This document shows, one piece after another, positions 49,823-58,659 of a stretch of 64,000 nt of DNA; position 1 is the first letter of the stretch, and each line of letters opens with the position of its first letter. The position numbers were made by a program, and so were the translations under genes. The stretch is taken from the IMG/VR virus record IMGVR_UViG_3300031836_000398; one strand, given 5' to 3'. The notes beneath the pieces were generated by a model, which saw only the letters and a program-made list of their open reading frames with translations, was not told where the DNA came from and made no database searches. The stretch comes from an uncultured virus (IMG/VR IMGVR_UViG_3300031836_000398) (Duplodnaviria; Heunggongvirae; Uroviricota; Caudoviricetes; Herelleviridae).

Positions 49823-51639
49823 GAGTTTCTCCCTTGTTTCGAGTTCGGAATCTCAAAGCGATCCGAAGGTTCGCGATGATTCAGATTTACTCCCGCGTCA
49901 GCGTCAGCTGACCGTGCCTGTGGATAACCACAGACACTCTCGGAGGTGCATTGCTCCGAGCAAACAGACGCAGCAACATCGTTGCGGGTACGCGTCTGAT
50001 TTCTCGCTCCGTAAGGCCGACAGGCCGCGACGGGTGGAACTGGAGTCAGCGCTGCAAGCGATGGCTCCAGAGGGCACCCCACGACGCGCCAGCGTTGGTG
50101 GGGCAAGGGAGCGAAGCGAGCGCAGTAACACCCCGGAGCGAAGCGATGGGTGACTGAGCGCAGCGAGGGAACGGTGTCGGCTGTGCCGACCGACGGACGT
50201 AGTCCGGCGTCACCGGGGCTTATGCCCTTTCTCTCTTTTCGTCGCATCTGTAGCGTTAGCGGAAGATCGGCGGTAAATCCGTTGCATTTGCTGGGCAAAG
50301 TGGTTACATCATGGTGCCTACATCAATACTCTTTTTGCCTACAACGTGTTGTAGGCGTGATGGAGGTGCCGCCACTTTGCTCGCATTGAAGGCTCTGTGG
50401 TGTTGTAAGGTTTTTGCGGCGCTTGACGCCGCTACAACACGATGATGCGCAGCATCGCTGAGGTGGATACAACGTGTTGTAGACGCCGTTCCAGAGCCTT
50501 CGCAGGCGACGCAGTCGCCGTGTTGTATCTGCTTACCAACGGGGGAGCGAAGGTGGCGTCTGAGGAACGAAGACGGTGCCGTAGCGTGTGAGCTCTGTGA
50601 TGGCTGTTGGGCATTCTCGAGGCAACAGCTGCACCTCTACTGTTCGCGTCAGCGAACGCCGGCGTTGCCTCTTGGCGCCAGCGCAGTTGGCACTGCTTCG
50701 CGGCGACAGCCGCGGTGACCCTTAGCCAGCGAAGCTGATCTTTCCACAGCAGTTTCCACATCCCCACCAGCTGCTCGTGCAACGAGCCCCCATCGTCGTT
50801 TCACTGACACACAGGCCCGGGGCGACGTCACCTGTAGGAGCGTCGTAACACCGTGTTTCAGTGTGCGAACTTGTTCGTGCGCTGAGGGCGTTTTCTGCCC
50901 TGGGTCTGGGCTGCATCCACCATCGTGCAACAGCATCATTCCCGTCTGGCTCCACCGCAAAGGTGGTGGCGGGCGGAGGCCCTACTGGCTTGATTTGCGG
51001 AAGTTGTGGAGCTGGAAACCCGGGTGCTTTTGCCGGGGGTCAGCTCCACAACTTGGTTGTGCCAATGTATCGCTTGTCACCACCGCCGCAGCCACACACT
51101 GTGCTGCGATCACGGCACCAAAATCGCACCGAAAAAGGTAAAAAAAAGGCAACCCGAAGGTTGCATTCTGCAGCAAAAGCTGCTCCGATTCAGGCTCAAA
51201 CAGGGCCCGCTTCTGGCCAGAAAGAGACCACGAGTGACCAGAAAAAGACCAATTCCGGGGCGCATCTGGAACAAAATGCCCGAAAACACCGTTTTGGGGC
51301 TATCTCGGCGATAAGCGCCCATTCTCGGCCCATAGTGCGCCCGTTGTCGGAACAGTTCTGTTCCGGCTACAGCCCAGTAATGGGCGGGATATTCAGCAGC
51401 CCATTTCAAGCCCAAAAGAGACCCGTTTTGCATCCATTACTGGAACATAAAACGCCCGGTAATGGTCAGGGACTTTTCAGGCCCGTTTCTGGCTCATAAC
51501 TGGAACAATCTTGTTCCACTGTTGGGCGTGATGGAACACCTGGTCAGGGATCGCGAATAGCGAGCACAGGAGAGCGCAGCAGCCCACTTTGCGCCCGTTT
51601 CTGGTTCAAGGTTGGGCTTTGCTGTCTTTGCCGCAGTGG

Positions 51640-52230
51640 CTACTGATCGTGCTGCTGTCGGTATGCCGAGCGCAATCCGTCGCGAGCACGCAGCCTCAAC
51701 ATGGAGGTCGCCTTGGGGCTAAGTTCCAAGATGATTCCGACCTGTGTTGGGGTCAGACCTTCGACGTCGATGTACCAGAGCACTGCTTGCCATCGTTCGG
51801 GCATCTGCCGAAAAGCTTGGATGATGACTTCGGTCTCAAAGCGCTCAACCACTGGATCAGGGATTGGGTTCTCAACGTGGAGTCGGGTGAAGGCCGCGGC
51901 TTCGAGAACCTCGAAGTTTTCGACAGTAAAGCTGTTGGACGCTTCGGCCTTCTTGGTCATTATCAAATTGCGCATCACGGTGAGCAGATAAGCGCGGAAG
52001 AATCTATCGGGGCCTTCGCCGCGCTTGAGCATCTTGAACACAAGCTCAAACGCATCGGCTACACAATCATCCGCGTCCACGCGGGAGCCGGCTGTCAATC
52101 TCGAGGCATGATTGAGAGCCGCTTTGTGATGGCGTTCATACAGAATCGCGAAAATAGCGAGGTGCCCTGATCGCACTTGGGCGATCACTTGGGCATCACT
52201 GCAATCGACGCTGGAACCTACTAGCAACAT
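51640..52230 (-). CDS. ECF-type sigma-70 factor
   Basis: LYERH, ADDCVADAF and FRAYLLTVMRN (region 2); MPERWQAVLWY...RARDGLR (region 4). Confidence 0.9.
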   Translation of the reverse strand: MLLVGSSVDCSDAQVIAQVRSGHLAIFAILYERHHKAALNHASRLTAGSRVDADDCVADAFELVFKMLKRGEGPDRFFRAYLLTVMRNLIMTKKAEASNSFTVENFEVLEAAAFTRLHVENPIPDPVVERFETEVIIQAFRQMPERWQAVLWYIDVEGLTPTQVGIILELSPKATSMLRLRARDGLRSAYRQQHDQ

Positions 52231-52475
52231 GTGTGCTTCTTGGTTTTTTGGTCGTCTGTGTCGAGGTTCAACTTGCAACAGATTGATCGCGGTGGACGTT
52301 TGGAAAAGATTAATCGTCCCCGATGGGCAAAGATTCTGACAAATAGTCGGCGATTCAACGTTACCCGATGCCCCCATTGGACTCTCTCTTTGTGACAACA
52401 AAAAAGGCTTGCGGTGTTTTGCAGTGTCTTGCGTACGCAGTGAGTCAGTCTTTATTTCGGGAATGGAAGATAATA

Positions 52476-52937
52476 ATGTTCGGGTGGGGAACCAAAATTC
52501 AATATGGAACGATAGGAATAGATGGGGGGCGAGGTCGACGCGGGGGCGTCAAGGATCTCGCTCGGGTTGACTCCGGCGATCCGCGTTTCGATACACAAGC
52601 TCGACAGCGTGAGCGAGAACTGGTACAGGTTCGGGAACTTGTTGCCGAGGCCAATCGCTTGCATTTGCCGCAGCGTGAACTTCGATTGGAACCAAGCGAA
52701 CACCTAGTTGGGCAAAGTGTGTGCGTGTTGCTCGTTTCACGAGCGGCTGACCGGAACGGTGTTGTAGTTGATGTGATTTATCACGCCCCGTTCGATGATG
52801 GGTCAGCAAAGCGACGTAGGTTCATCGCCGATGCGCTGCACCAGTTTGTGTTGGCCTGGGCCAACGAAGACAGGGCGCTGATCAGCAATGCGATCAGCTA
52901 CGACCATGTTTCGCGTGAGTGGCTGTGCGTGGCCTAG
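52476..52937 (+). CDS. hypothetical protein, possibly a degenerate ImmA/IrrE-like fold (start uncertain)
   Basis: DVIYH...RRFIADALHQF; upstream of the EspR-like gene. Confidence 0.4.
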   Translation: MFGWGTKIQYGTIGIDGGRGRRGGVKDLARVDSGDPRFDTQARQRERELVQVRELVAEANRLHLPQRELRLEPSEHLVGQSVCVLLVSRAADRNGVVVDVIYHAPFDDGSAKRRRFIADALHQFVLAWANEDRALISNAISYDHVSREWLCVA

Positions 52938-53000
52938 TAACGTAGTGCCGCACTAACATAGAGCCCTGGGGCATCGAAATTACATGGAGCAGAGAAGAGC

Positions 53001-53426
53001 ATGGACCTTCCGACAGATCGTGTGGCGACGTTACACCGCGCAGAGACTTTGTCGCGCAAGGTGAATCTTTTACTGGATGTCATCATGTCGCCCTCGGGCG
53101 AACCGTTCGAGTACACGATGGTGCGCGATATTGCGCAAGAGAAGACCGGCTATTTTCTGTCGCGGACGCGATGGTCGATGCTGAAGCAGGGCAGACCGCA
53201 GGTCGTAACCGAGGGCACGCTGCGAGCAGTCGCCGCAGTGTTCAGCGTCGATGCTGGTTACCTGCTCAATGAGAACGGTAACGTTCCCGAGCAGGTGCAA
53301 GCCGAGCTGGAGCTGCTTCGTAGTATGCGTCGCAGCGAGGTGCGCGACTTCGCGGTGAGAGCTTTGGGGCCAGTAGATCCCGAGGCAATGCGTGCGATTG
53401 CCAAGATTCTCGACGAGCAGCGGTAG
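53001..53426 (+). CDS. EspR-like HTH regulator or nucleoid-associated protein
   Basis: LSRKVNLLLD...GEPF.Y...LSRTRWSMLKQG...AVFSVDAGYL...ELELL..MR...VR..A.RA. Confidence 0.75.
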   Translation: MDLPTDRVATLHRAETLSRKVNLLLDVIMSPSGEPFEYTMVRDIAQEKTGYFLSRTRWSMLKQGRPQVVTEGTLRAVAAVFSVDAGYLLNENGNVPEQVQAELELLRSMRRSEVRDFAVRALGPVDPEAMRAIAKILDEQR

Positions 53427-53436
53427 CGCTTACGCA

Positions 53437-53479
53437 CAAAAAAGAAGCCCCACCCGGATAACCGGATGGGGCTCTTTGC
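53437..53479. terminator. bidirectional terminator between convergent genes
   Basis: AAAAAAGAAGCCCCA.CCGG...CCGG.TGGGGCTCTTT. Confidence 0.7.
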
Positions 53480-53491
53480 ATTGTTGGGCGG

Positions 53492-53869
53492 CTAGACAGC
53501 GACAGCGCCGCGCTTGCCTCGGCGAATCTCTGACTCGGACACGACAATGTCGTGGCCACCGACGGAGTAACTGTGGTGGTTGCTGTCGATGACGATGCAG
53601 CGCCAGAATCCATCGTGCTTTATCGGCGCGCGTAGCTCCGGATTCTCGACGTAATCAAACGGCTTCTCGTCGTTGTTGCGCGTCTCATACAGATACGGCA
53701 CAACGGTGATCTGATGACCTTGGTCGTTGGGCAGCGTGACAACGAGACCGCGAGCATCTTGCTTTATCGTCACAGCCAGCGTCGACAGGTAATGGCTCTT
53801 GGAGCCTTCGGGTGCCTCAGCCAGACGAGCAGCTTCAGCTTCTTCGGTTTCGAGAAGGGTCTTGAACAC
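53492..53869 (-). CDS. hypothetical protein, paralog of 54434..54814
   Basis: Shared ARL..P.GS..H.LS, GLVV, VVP, DG.W.CIVI.S and Y.VGG.D motifs. Confidence 0.75.
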   Translation of the reverse strand: MFKTLLETEEAEAARLAEAPEGSKSHYLSTLAVTIKQDARGLVVTLPNDQGHQITVVPYLYETRNNDEKPFDYVENPELRAPIKHDGFWRCIVIDSNHHSYSVGGHDIVVSESEIRRGKRGAVAV

Positions 53870-53896
53870 GATGTGCTCGCTTTCTATGTTGATTGG

Positions 53897-54283
53897 TTAC
53901 CAGGGCACCGGAATTGTCGGTGATGCTGTGCGCAGCACGGTGCGGCGAGTACGCCACGTAGCCGGCTCGAGATCTTTGGCAGTGTGGACACCAGAGATGA
54001 CACGAACGCCAGCATTGACGTGCGAGTGCTTGTGAAGGAAGTTATGCAGGTGAGCTGCAGCGTCTTCGTCCTTGAGGCGCGTGACGACGCGCACCGTTAC
54101 TGTGCGGGGCGAAGGATTGCGAGACTTGACCAGGTGAGCCTTGCGGCTAATGCGGGCCATCTTCAGCGCGAAGTTGACCTGCTTGCAATGTGACTCAGCG
54201 TCGAGCTTGAGCGCACGTTGGGGAGCATGGAACCCGACCATGATCGGCCGTTCGATGAGGACTGTGTATTTCTGTCGAAACAT
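53897..54283 (-). CDS. hypothetical basic protein
   Basis: AGG RBS; 128 aa. Confidence 0.5.
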   Translation of the reverse strand: MFRQKYTVLIERPIMVGFHAPQRALKLDAESHCKQVNFALKMARISRKAHLVKSRNPSPRTVTVRVVTRLKDEDAAAHLHNFLHKHSHVNAGVRVISGVHTAKDLEPATWRTRRTVLRTASPTIPVPW

Positions 54284-54433
54284 GATCGACCTACCTAGCT
54301 TTCGTGTTCTTTTGTTTGCTGGGTTCGGGAAGAAACCCGAGACCAGCGCGTAGAAGAAAAAAAGGGGCTGTCTGCTCAGCGTCAAAGGAGACACAGAGCA
54401 GACAGCCCGAGGGGGTGGTTTGGGTACAGCTCG

Positions 54434-54814
54434 TTAGAACGCGATGCGTTCGCCGCGAACGAGCTGAGATTCGGGGATCGACAGGTCGTATCCACCAACG
54501 ACGTAGGTCCGCATATCGCTGGCGATGACAATGCACTTCCAGTAACCGTCGTTGCGGCGACGGCGGATGCCATCGGCTGCGAAGTGACCTGATACGCAGT
54601 GCTCGACAGGTACAACGGTCAGCGAGCGACCTTCGTCGTCGGGCATCTGGATCTTGACCACGAGACCGTGGAGATCCTCGCGAATTGTGACCGGCATAGC
54701 CGAGAGGTCGTGGTTGAGCGAGCCAAGCGGGCTCCGAACCAGGCGAGCGGTTTCTTCGGCTTCAGTCTCGATGAGCGAGTCGAAGATGTTGGAGGTTTGT
54801 GTTGCAGCAGACAT
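54434..54814 (-). CDS. hypothetical protein, paralog of 53492..53869
   Basis: AAAGGA RBS; shared motifs. Confidence 0.75.
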   Translation of the reverse strand: MSAATQTSNIFDSLIETEAEETARLVRSPLGSLNHDLSAMPVTIREDLHGLVVKIQMPDDEGRSLTVVPVEHCVSGHFAADGIRRRRNDGYWKCIVIASDMRTYVVGGYDLSIPESQLVRGERIAF

Positions 54815-54891
54815 GGCAGATTTCCTTTGTTTGAGTAGCGGGATTGCCGCTGTTGTTGTTGCTGTGGATGAAGACAGTGAAGACAGTGATG

Positions 54892-54973
54892 TAGTCCCTC
54901 TCTCGGGAGTCAAACCCGAGACCTTCTGTTTCTTGCGAAGAAGACAGATGCTCAGCCATCGAGCTCAGAGGGT
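54892..54973 (-). ncRNA. tRNA-like element with an extended anticodon arm
   Basis: Acceptor CCCTCT/AGAGGG; D-arm GCTC..TGG..GAGC; T-arm TCGGG-TTTGACT-CCCGA; 14 nt in place of the 7-nt anticodon loop. Confidence 0.65.
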
Positions 54974-55271
54974 TGCGTGATCGCGCTGCCCAGGGGTGGG
55001 CAGTAGCGGCACACGGTGATCAGTCATGCGTGCGATTACGCAGTCGTGCTGGTGACGTGTCACGAGCAGGAGCAGGAGCAGTTGTGGGGCCAGGAGTGCA
55101 ACTCCTGGTTCGGCTGCTCAGCCACACGTAGCACTGATATTGGTGATGGTGGAAGACACCACCAAGATCAGCACTACCGCTTTGGGCCTAAGTTCTGTTT
55201 AGCGTCGCCCAAACGACGGTGAGTTCCCTTGTGATCACGCTCAATCCCGAATCGCCTTTGGCGATTGCTTG

Positions 55272-55772
55272 TTATCTGCGCGTCTGGTGAACCCATCCGG
55301 GTACAACCACAGTGGGAATATCAAGGGAGCGCCACAGCGCAGTCACGATCGGATTGTCGTCGATCGCCAAGACGGGGTCGAAGCCCAGGCGCCGTGCTCG
55401 GATGAACAGCTCGCGCTTGACGTCGTCGTCGCGACGAGTGTCGAGATCAGCTCTCATGCCCAGGGCCTCGAAAGGCACGTTGTGCTTGCGGAGCCAGACC
55501 TTGGTTCTGTATCGCCATTGCTCTTTGCGTGAGGTCAGGATCAACACAGCGAAGCCATGAGCGTGCAGCGCTTGTACGAGCTCGACAACGCCGGGCATCG
55601 GATCTGCGTACGACGACGCAGCGTGGAACGCAGTGAAGTCCTTGTGGCCTCGCGGCTTCAGGACGTAGTGCCTGATGCGCGAGACATCGACGAGCGTGCC
55701 ATCGACATCGACGATGATGGTGGGTCGTGTTGCTGTTGCTGTTGCTGTTGCTGTTGGTGTTGGTGCGGGCAT
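55272..55772 (-). CDS. HAD-family phosphatase (polynucleotide kinase 3'-phosphatase-like)
   Basis: DVDGT, LTSR, MR..D.R.D..VK and IDD motifs; N-terminal TA repeat. Confidence 0.85.
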   Translation of the reverse strand: MPAPTPTATATATATRPTIIVDVDGTLVDVSRIRHYVLKPRGHKDFTAFHAASSYADPMPGVVELVQALHAHGFAVLILTSRKEQWRYRTKVWLRKHNVPFEALGMRADLDTRRDDDVKRELFIRARRLGFDPVLAIDDNPIVTALWRSLDIPTVVVPGWVHQTRR

Positions 55773-55852
55773 TCAAGGCACCTCCGTTCGGGGTTGTGTC
55801 ATACGCAGCGAGAAACAACAACGGCGCAGGATTACCTGCGCCGTCGCGTGTC

Positions 55853-56122
55853 TTATTGGTTGTCTGGGCGGAACTCAGCGATCGTGCCCTGGTAGGAGCA
55901 CGCTGCCCATCCGCGTGCAAAGCACTGGATGGGATCTTGGTCGCGTAGACCCTCTTCGGGATCCACCGGCTTGGCCTCAAAGAGGTCATCGCTGGGCTGC
56001 GAGCCCATGACGTCAAGTCCGGTGTCTTCCATGACGACGTTGAGCGTCATCTGGAGAGCGAAGCGCTGTGTTTGCAGGCACTCCGGGCAACGGATGTCTT
56101 TGAGCTTCTCTTGGTTTGGCAT
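55853..56122 (-). CDS. small Cys-motif protein
   Basis: L..IRCPEC...IQC...CSYQG. Confidence 0.6.
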   Translation of the reverse strand: MPNQEKLKDIRCPECLQTQRFALQMTLNVVMEDTGLDVMGSQPSDDLFEAKPVDPEEGLRDQDPIQCFARGWAACSYQGTIAEFRPDNQ

Positions 56123-56323
56123 GGTGTTGCGCCTTCCATCGGCAGTATTTGATTGTGAGACAGCGAATGGCCCCGGCTTCGCGGTGAACCTCTGTCAACG
56201 AATCTCCCGGCGTGGCTCTGCCACGAGCGCGCTGGCCACCAGGCAGCAGGCGCAAAAAAAGAAAAGCCCCCAGTCCGTAAGGACCAGAGGCTTTTCGTGT
56301 TAATCAGATTCGGCGTGAACTAT

Positions 56324-56458
56324 TTAGCAGCCAGGCGACGCTGACGATCGCGACGAACTTTGTCGCAGTGAGACACACGCCAGCAAAGCGGTGACAGCGA
56401 AGAAGGCAAGGATGCTGCCGATCTCGCTGATGGTCTGGTTGAACATTTCAGGAGACAT
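56324..56458 (-). CDS. 44-aa single-TM peptide
   Basis: ATG just after the upstream stop; hydrophobic core. Confidence 0.35.
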   Translation of the reverse strand: MSPEMFNQTISEIGSILAFFAVTALLACVSLRQSSSRSSASPGC

Positions 56459-56461
56459 TGG

Positions 56462-56959
56462 TTACGCCTTCCAGCCGCAGTCTTCGCTGTTGAGGCAGCG
56501 AATGTGCTTGGCTTCGTTCTGCACAACGCCGATCGGGTTGATGCCACAGTTCGGGCAACCTTTACCGGTAAGCATCAGGATCTGGTCGTTGTCGACGATG
56601 CGCTGGCCAGGGAACCAGCCAGTGACGCGGATGCGGTGGCCGAAGACGCCGGTGAGCGTGTTGTGGATGGTGTTGGTGATGTCGAGCAGTTCGTCATCAG
56701 CTTCGGGCACTTCCTCGACAGCGTCGTGGATTTGCTTGGCGATCTCTTCGTGCGATGCACGAGATGCGTCACCCGACGGGCAGACGACGTCGAACGCAGT
56801 CATGACCCAAACAACGCTGTCAGCGACAGAGTGGTTCTGGTATTCGTTGATGACGAGGTTGGCCAGGAACGCCGACAGCGCAACAGTGCTGATGGGGTGG
56901 CTTGCATCCCGGTGAATCAGGGTGCGAACGTTGTTGCGAGTTTGTGTGGTCGAGCTCAT
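56462..56959 (-). CDS. hypothetical protein with C-terminal zinc ribbon
   Basis: GGAG RBS; CPNCG...CLNSEDCGW. Confidence 0.65.
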   Translation of the reverse strand: MSSTTQTRNNVRTLIHRDASHPISTVALSAFLANLVINEYQNHSVADSVVWVMTAFDVVCPSGDASRASHEEIAKQIHDAVEEVPEADDELLDITNTIHNTLTGVFGHRIRVTGWFPGQRIVDNDQILMLTGKGCPNCGINPIGVVQNEAKHIRCLNSEDCGWKA

Positions 56960-57162
56960 GGGATTACTCCGGTCTTCTAGTTAGTAAAAGTTCCGAGAAA
57001 ATCCCGAATAGCCTCTGGCTATTGGATAGCTGTGTGCTGCTGCAGGCAGCAAAAAAAGGAACCTCTCCGGATGAGATCCGGAGAGGTTCCTACAAGCTGT
57101 CTTCTTGGTTAGCGGGTGACCTCGACAGCGACGAAGAGATCTTCTATCTCGACCCGCCTGGG

Positions 57163-57561
57163 TTAGAACGGCACAACGATGTCCAGCTCGCGAGAGGCAG
57201 CGGCAACATCCCAGCCAGCCTTGCTCTGGCTTTCGATCAGTGTCACGAAACCTTCGACGGTGCCGTTGGCAAGAACCGTAGCCAGATCAGATGCTTCATC
57301 GACGTACTCGGTGACAACATCGTTGATGAACATTTCGTGCCAGACGTGATCGTCTCCGCAGGGGAAGCTGGGCCGGTTCCGGTCAAGATGCGGCTGACTC
57401 AGCTGCGTGGGGATGAAGTAGAGGCTCTCGTCGAGAGCCACCCTGATGCGATCCTTTTGTGCCTGGGTAATCGCACCCTTGAGGAAGATGTCGCCGTTGG
57501 CCTTCCAGTTGGCAGCATCCCGGTACATGACCGGGATCGTCGTGATGGGCACAGTAGCCAT
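57163..57561 (-). CDS. hypothetical phage/plasmid protein
   Basis: YRDAANWK, YFIP.Q and DDHVWHE motifs. Confidence 0.7.
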   Translation of the reverse strand: MATVPITTIPVMYRDAANWKANGDIFLKGAITQAQKDRIRVALDESLYFIPTQLSQPHLDRNRPSFPCGDDHVWHEMFINDVVTEYVDEASDLATVLANGTVEGFVTLIESQSKAGWDVAAASRELDIVVPF

Positions 57562-57563
57562 GG

Positions 57564-57782
57564 CTATTTCTCTTTTCTCTTGTTGACGCGCTGGGATTCT
57601 TTGTGTTCGCGCGCTGCTTGCTGTGCATGCTGCAGCGCTGTTCCGGGGGTGTCTGGGTTGGGCCACGCCCAAACGATCCAGTTGCAACGCTCTGCTTCGC
57701 ATTGCAGTCGCACATGACCCGGCGCCACAGGGCGGCGAAGCCAGGAGCGCATGCGCTTCATGGTGTGGTCAGTCATGGCCAT
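57564..57782 (-). CDS. small C2H-type zinc-binding protein
   Basis: CEAERC...AREH; coupled to neighbours. Confidence 0.5.
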   Translation of the reverse strand: MAMTDHTMKRMRSWLRRPVAPGHVRLQCEAERCNWIVWAWPNPDTPGTALQHAQQAAREHKESQRVNKRKEK

Positions 57783-57784
57783 GG

Positions 57785-58219
57785 TTACTTCGCTTTCTTT
57801 GCGGGCTCGTTGAGCAGGAAGATGGTGTGCTGAGCAAAGAGGTCAGCCTCTTCGCACAGGTCGCGTACGTCGCTACCGATGCTGCCGATTACGGGAATCA
57901 GCGTGAACTCATCCACGCGGTAGTCGCTGTCGATGACAACGACCAGGGTGCTGCCGTGGCCGTTGGGGGCGGGAAGCTGGATCTGCGTGTCAGCAACGTG
58001 CGCTCCACGGATGCTGTAGAAAGCGTTGACAACGGTTTCGTTGCTGGGCATCGCAGCCATGACATCGGGCGTAGTCAATACCGCTGTGATCGCAGCGCGA
58101 GCATCGCTGTATTCGCTGGCGCGAACCACGACGTCTTCGCCGGTGTTGTAGCCGCGGCGCAGAGCACTGCTGATGCACACGACGTCCTGAAGCAGGGTGG
58201 TGGATTCTAAAGTAGACAT
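57785..58219 (-). CDS. hypothetical protein
   Basis: AAGGGG RBS; 144 aa. Confidence 0.65.
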   Translation of the reverse strand: MSTLESTTLLQDVVCISSALRRGYNTGEDVVVRASEYSDARAAITAVLTTPDVMAAMPSNETVVNAFYSIRGAHVADTQIQLPAPNGHGSTLVVVIDSDYRVDEFTLIPVIGSIGSDVRDLCEEADLFAQHTIFLLNEPAKKAK

Positions 58220-58465
58220 GCTTTACCCCCTTCAGGGCGATGATGAATGAGTAAGTGGTCAACAGCGACCGGATGTTCGTTGTTCACGGCTACACCCGGG
58301 CCGCCGCTGGCGGCCAAGCGTGTGAGCGTGAAAAAGAAGCCCCAGAGGATTGATTCCTCTGGGGCATTCACGGTGAGACTCATCTCGGATCGGAGACATC
58401 TCTCCCGGCCGCGAAGCGGCGTGACCGGACATTACCGCCGTGCGCGATAAATCTGTGGTGATTTG

Positions 58466-58538
58466 CTCCCCGACCTGGACTCGAACCAGGAACCTACGCA
58501 TTAACAGTGCGTTGCTCTGCCAATTGAGCTATCGAGGA
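58466..58538 (-). tRNA. tRNA-Asn(GTT), CCA not encoded
   Basis: TCCTCGATAGCTCAATTGGCAGAGCAACGCACTGTTAATGCGTAGGTTCCTGGTTCGAGTCCAGGTCGGGGAG forms a full cloverleaf. Confidence 0.95.
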
Positions 58539-58587
58539 TTGGCGATGGAAGATGAGAGCCCGCTCCACGTCCAGTGGTGAGTGTGCG

Positions 58588-58651
58588 TGCAGCACACGAG
58601 AGGATTGAACTCTCAGCGGGAATTTCACGAAGCGCTTCCGTGCTCGTGCTG
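58588..58651 (-). pseudogene. degenerate tRNA-like element (acceptor stem plus T-arm)
   Basis: CAGCACG/TGTGCTG stem and GAGAG-TTCAATC-CTCTC T-arm; no normal D or anticodon arms. Confidence 0.45.
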
Positions 58652-58659
58652 GCCGGTAG

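Noticed and set aside
49779..51499. ORF-track predictions in the 49.8-51.5 kb region
   Set aside because: Atypical composition and no RBS or motifs; better explained as structured noncoding DNA.
51349..51517. GAAC...GTTC palindromes as LexA boxes
   Set aside because: Spacing is GAAC-N6-GTTC, not the actinobacterial CGAAC-N4-GTTCG.
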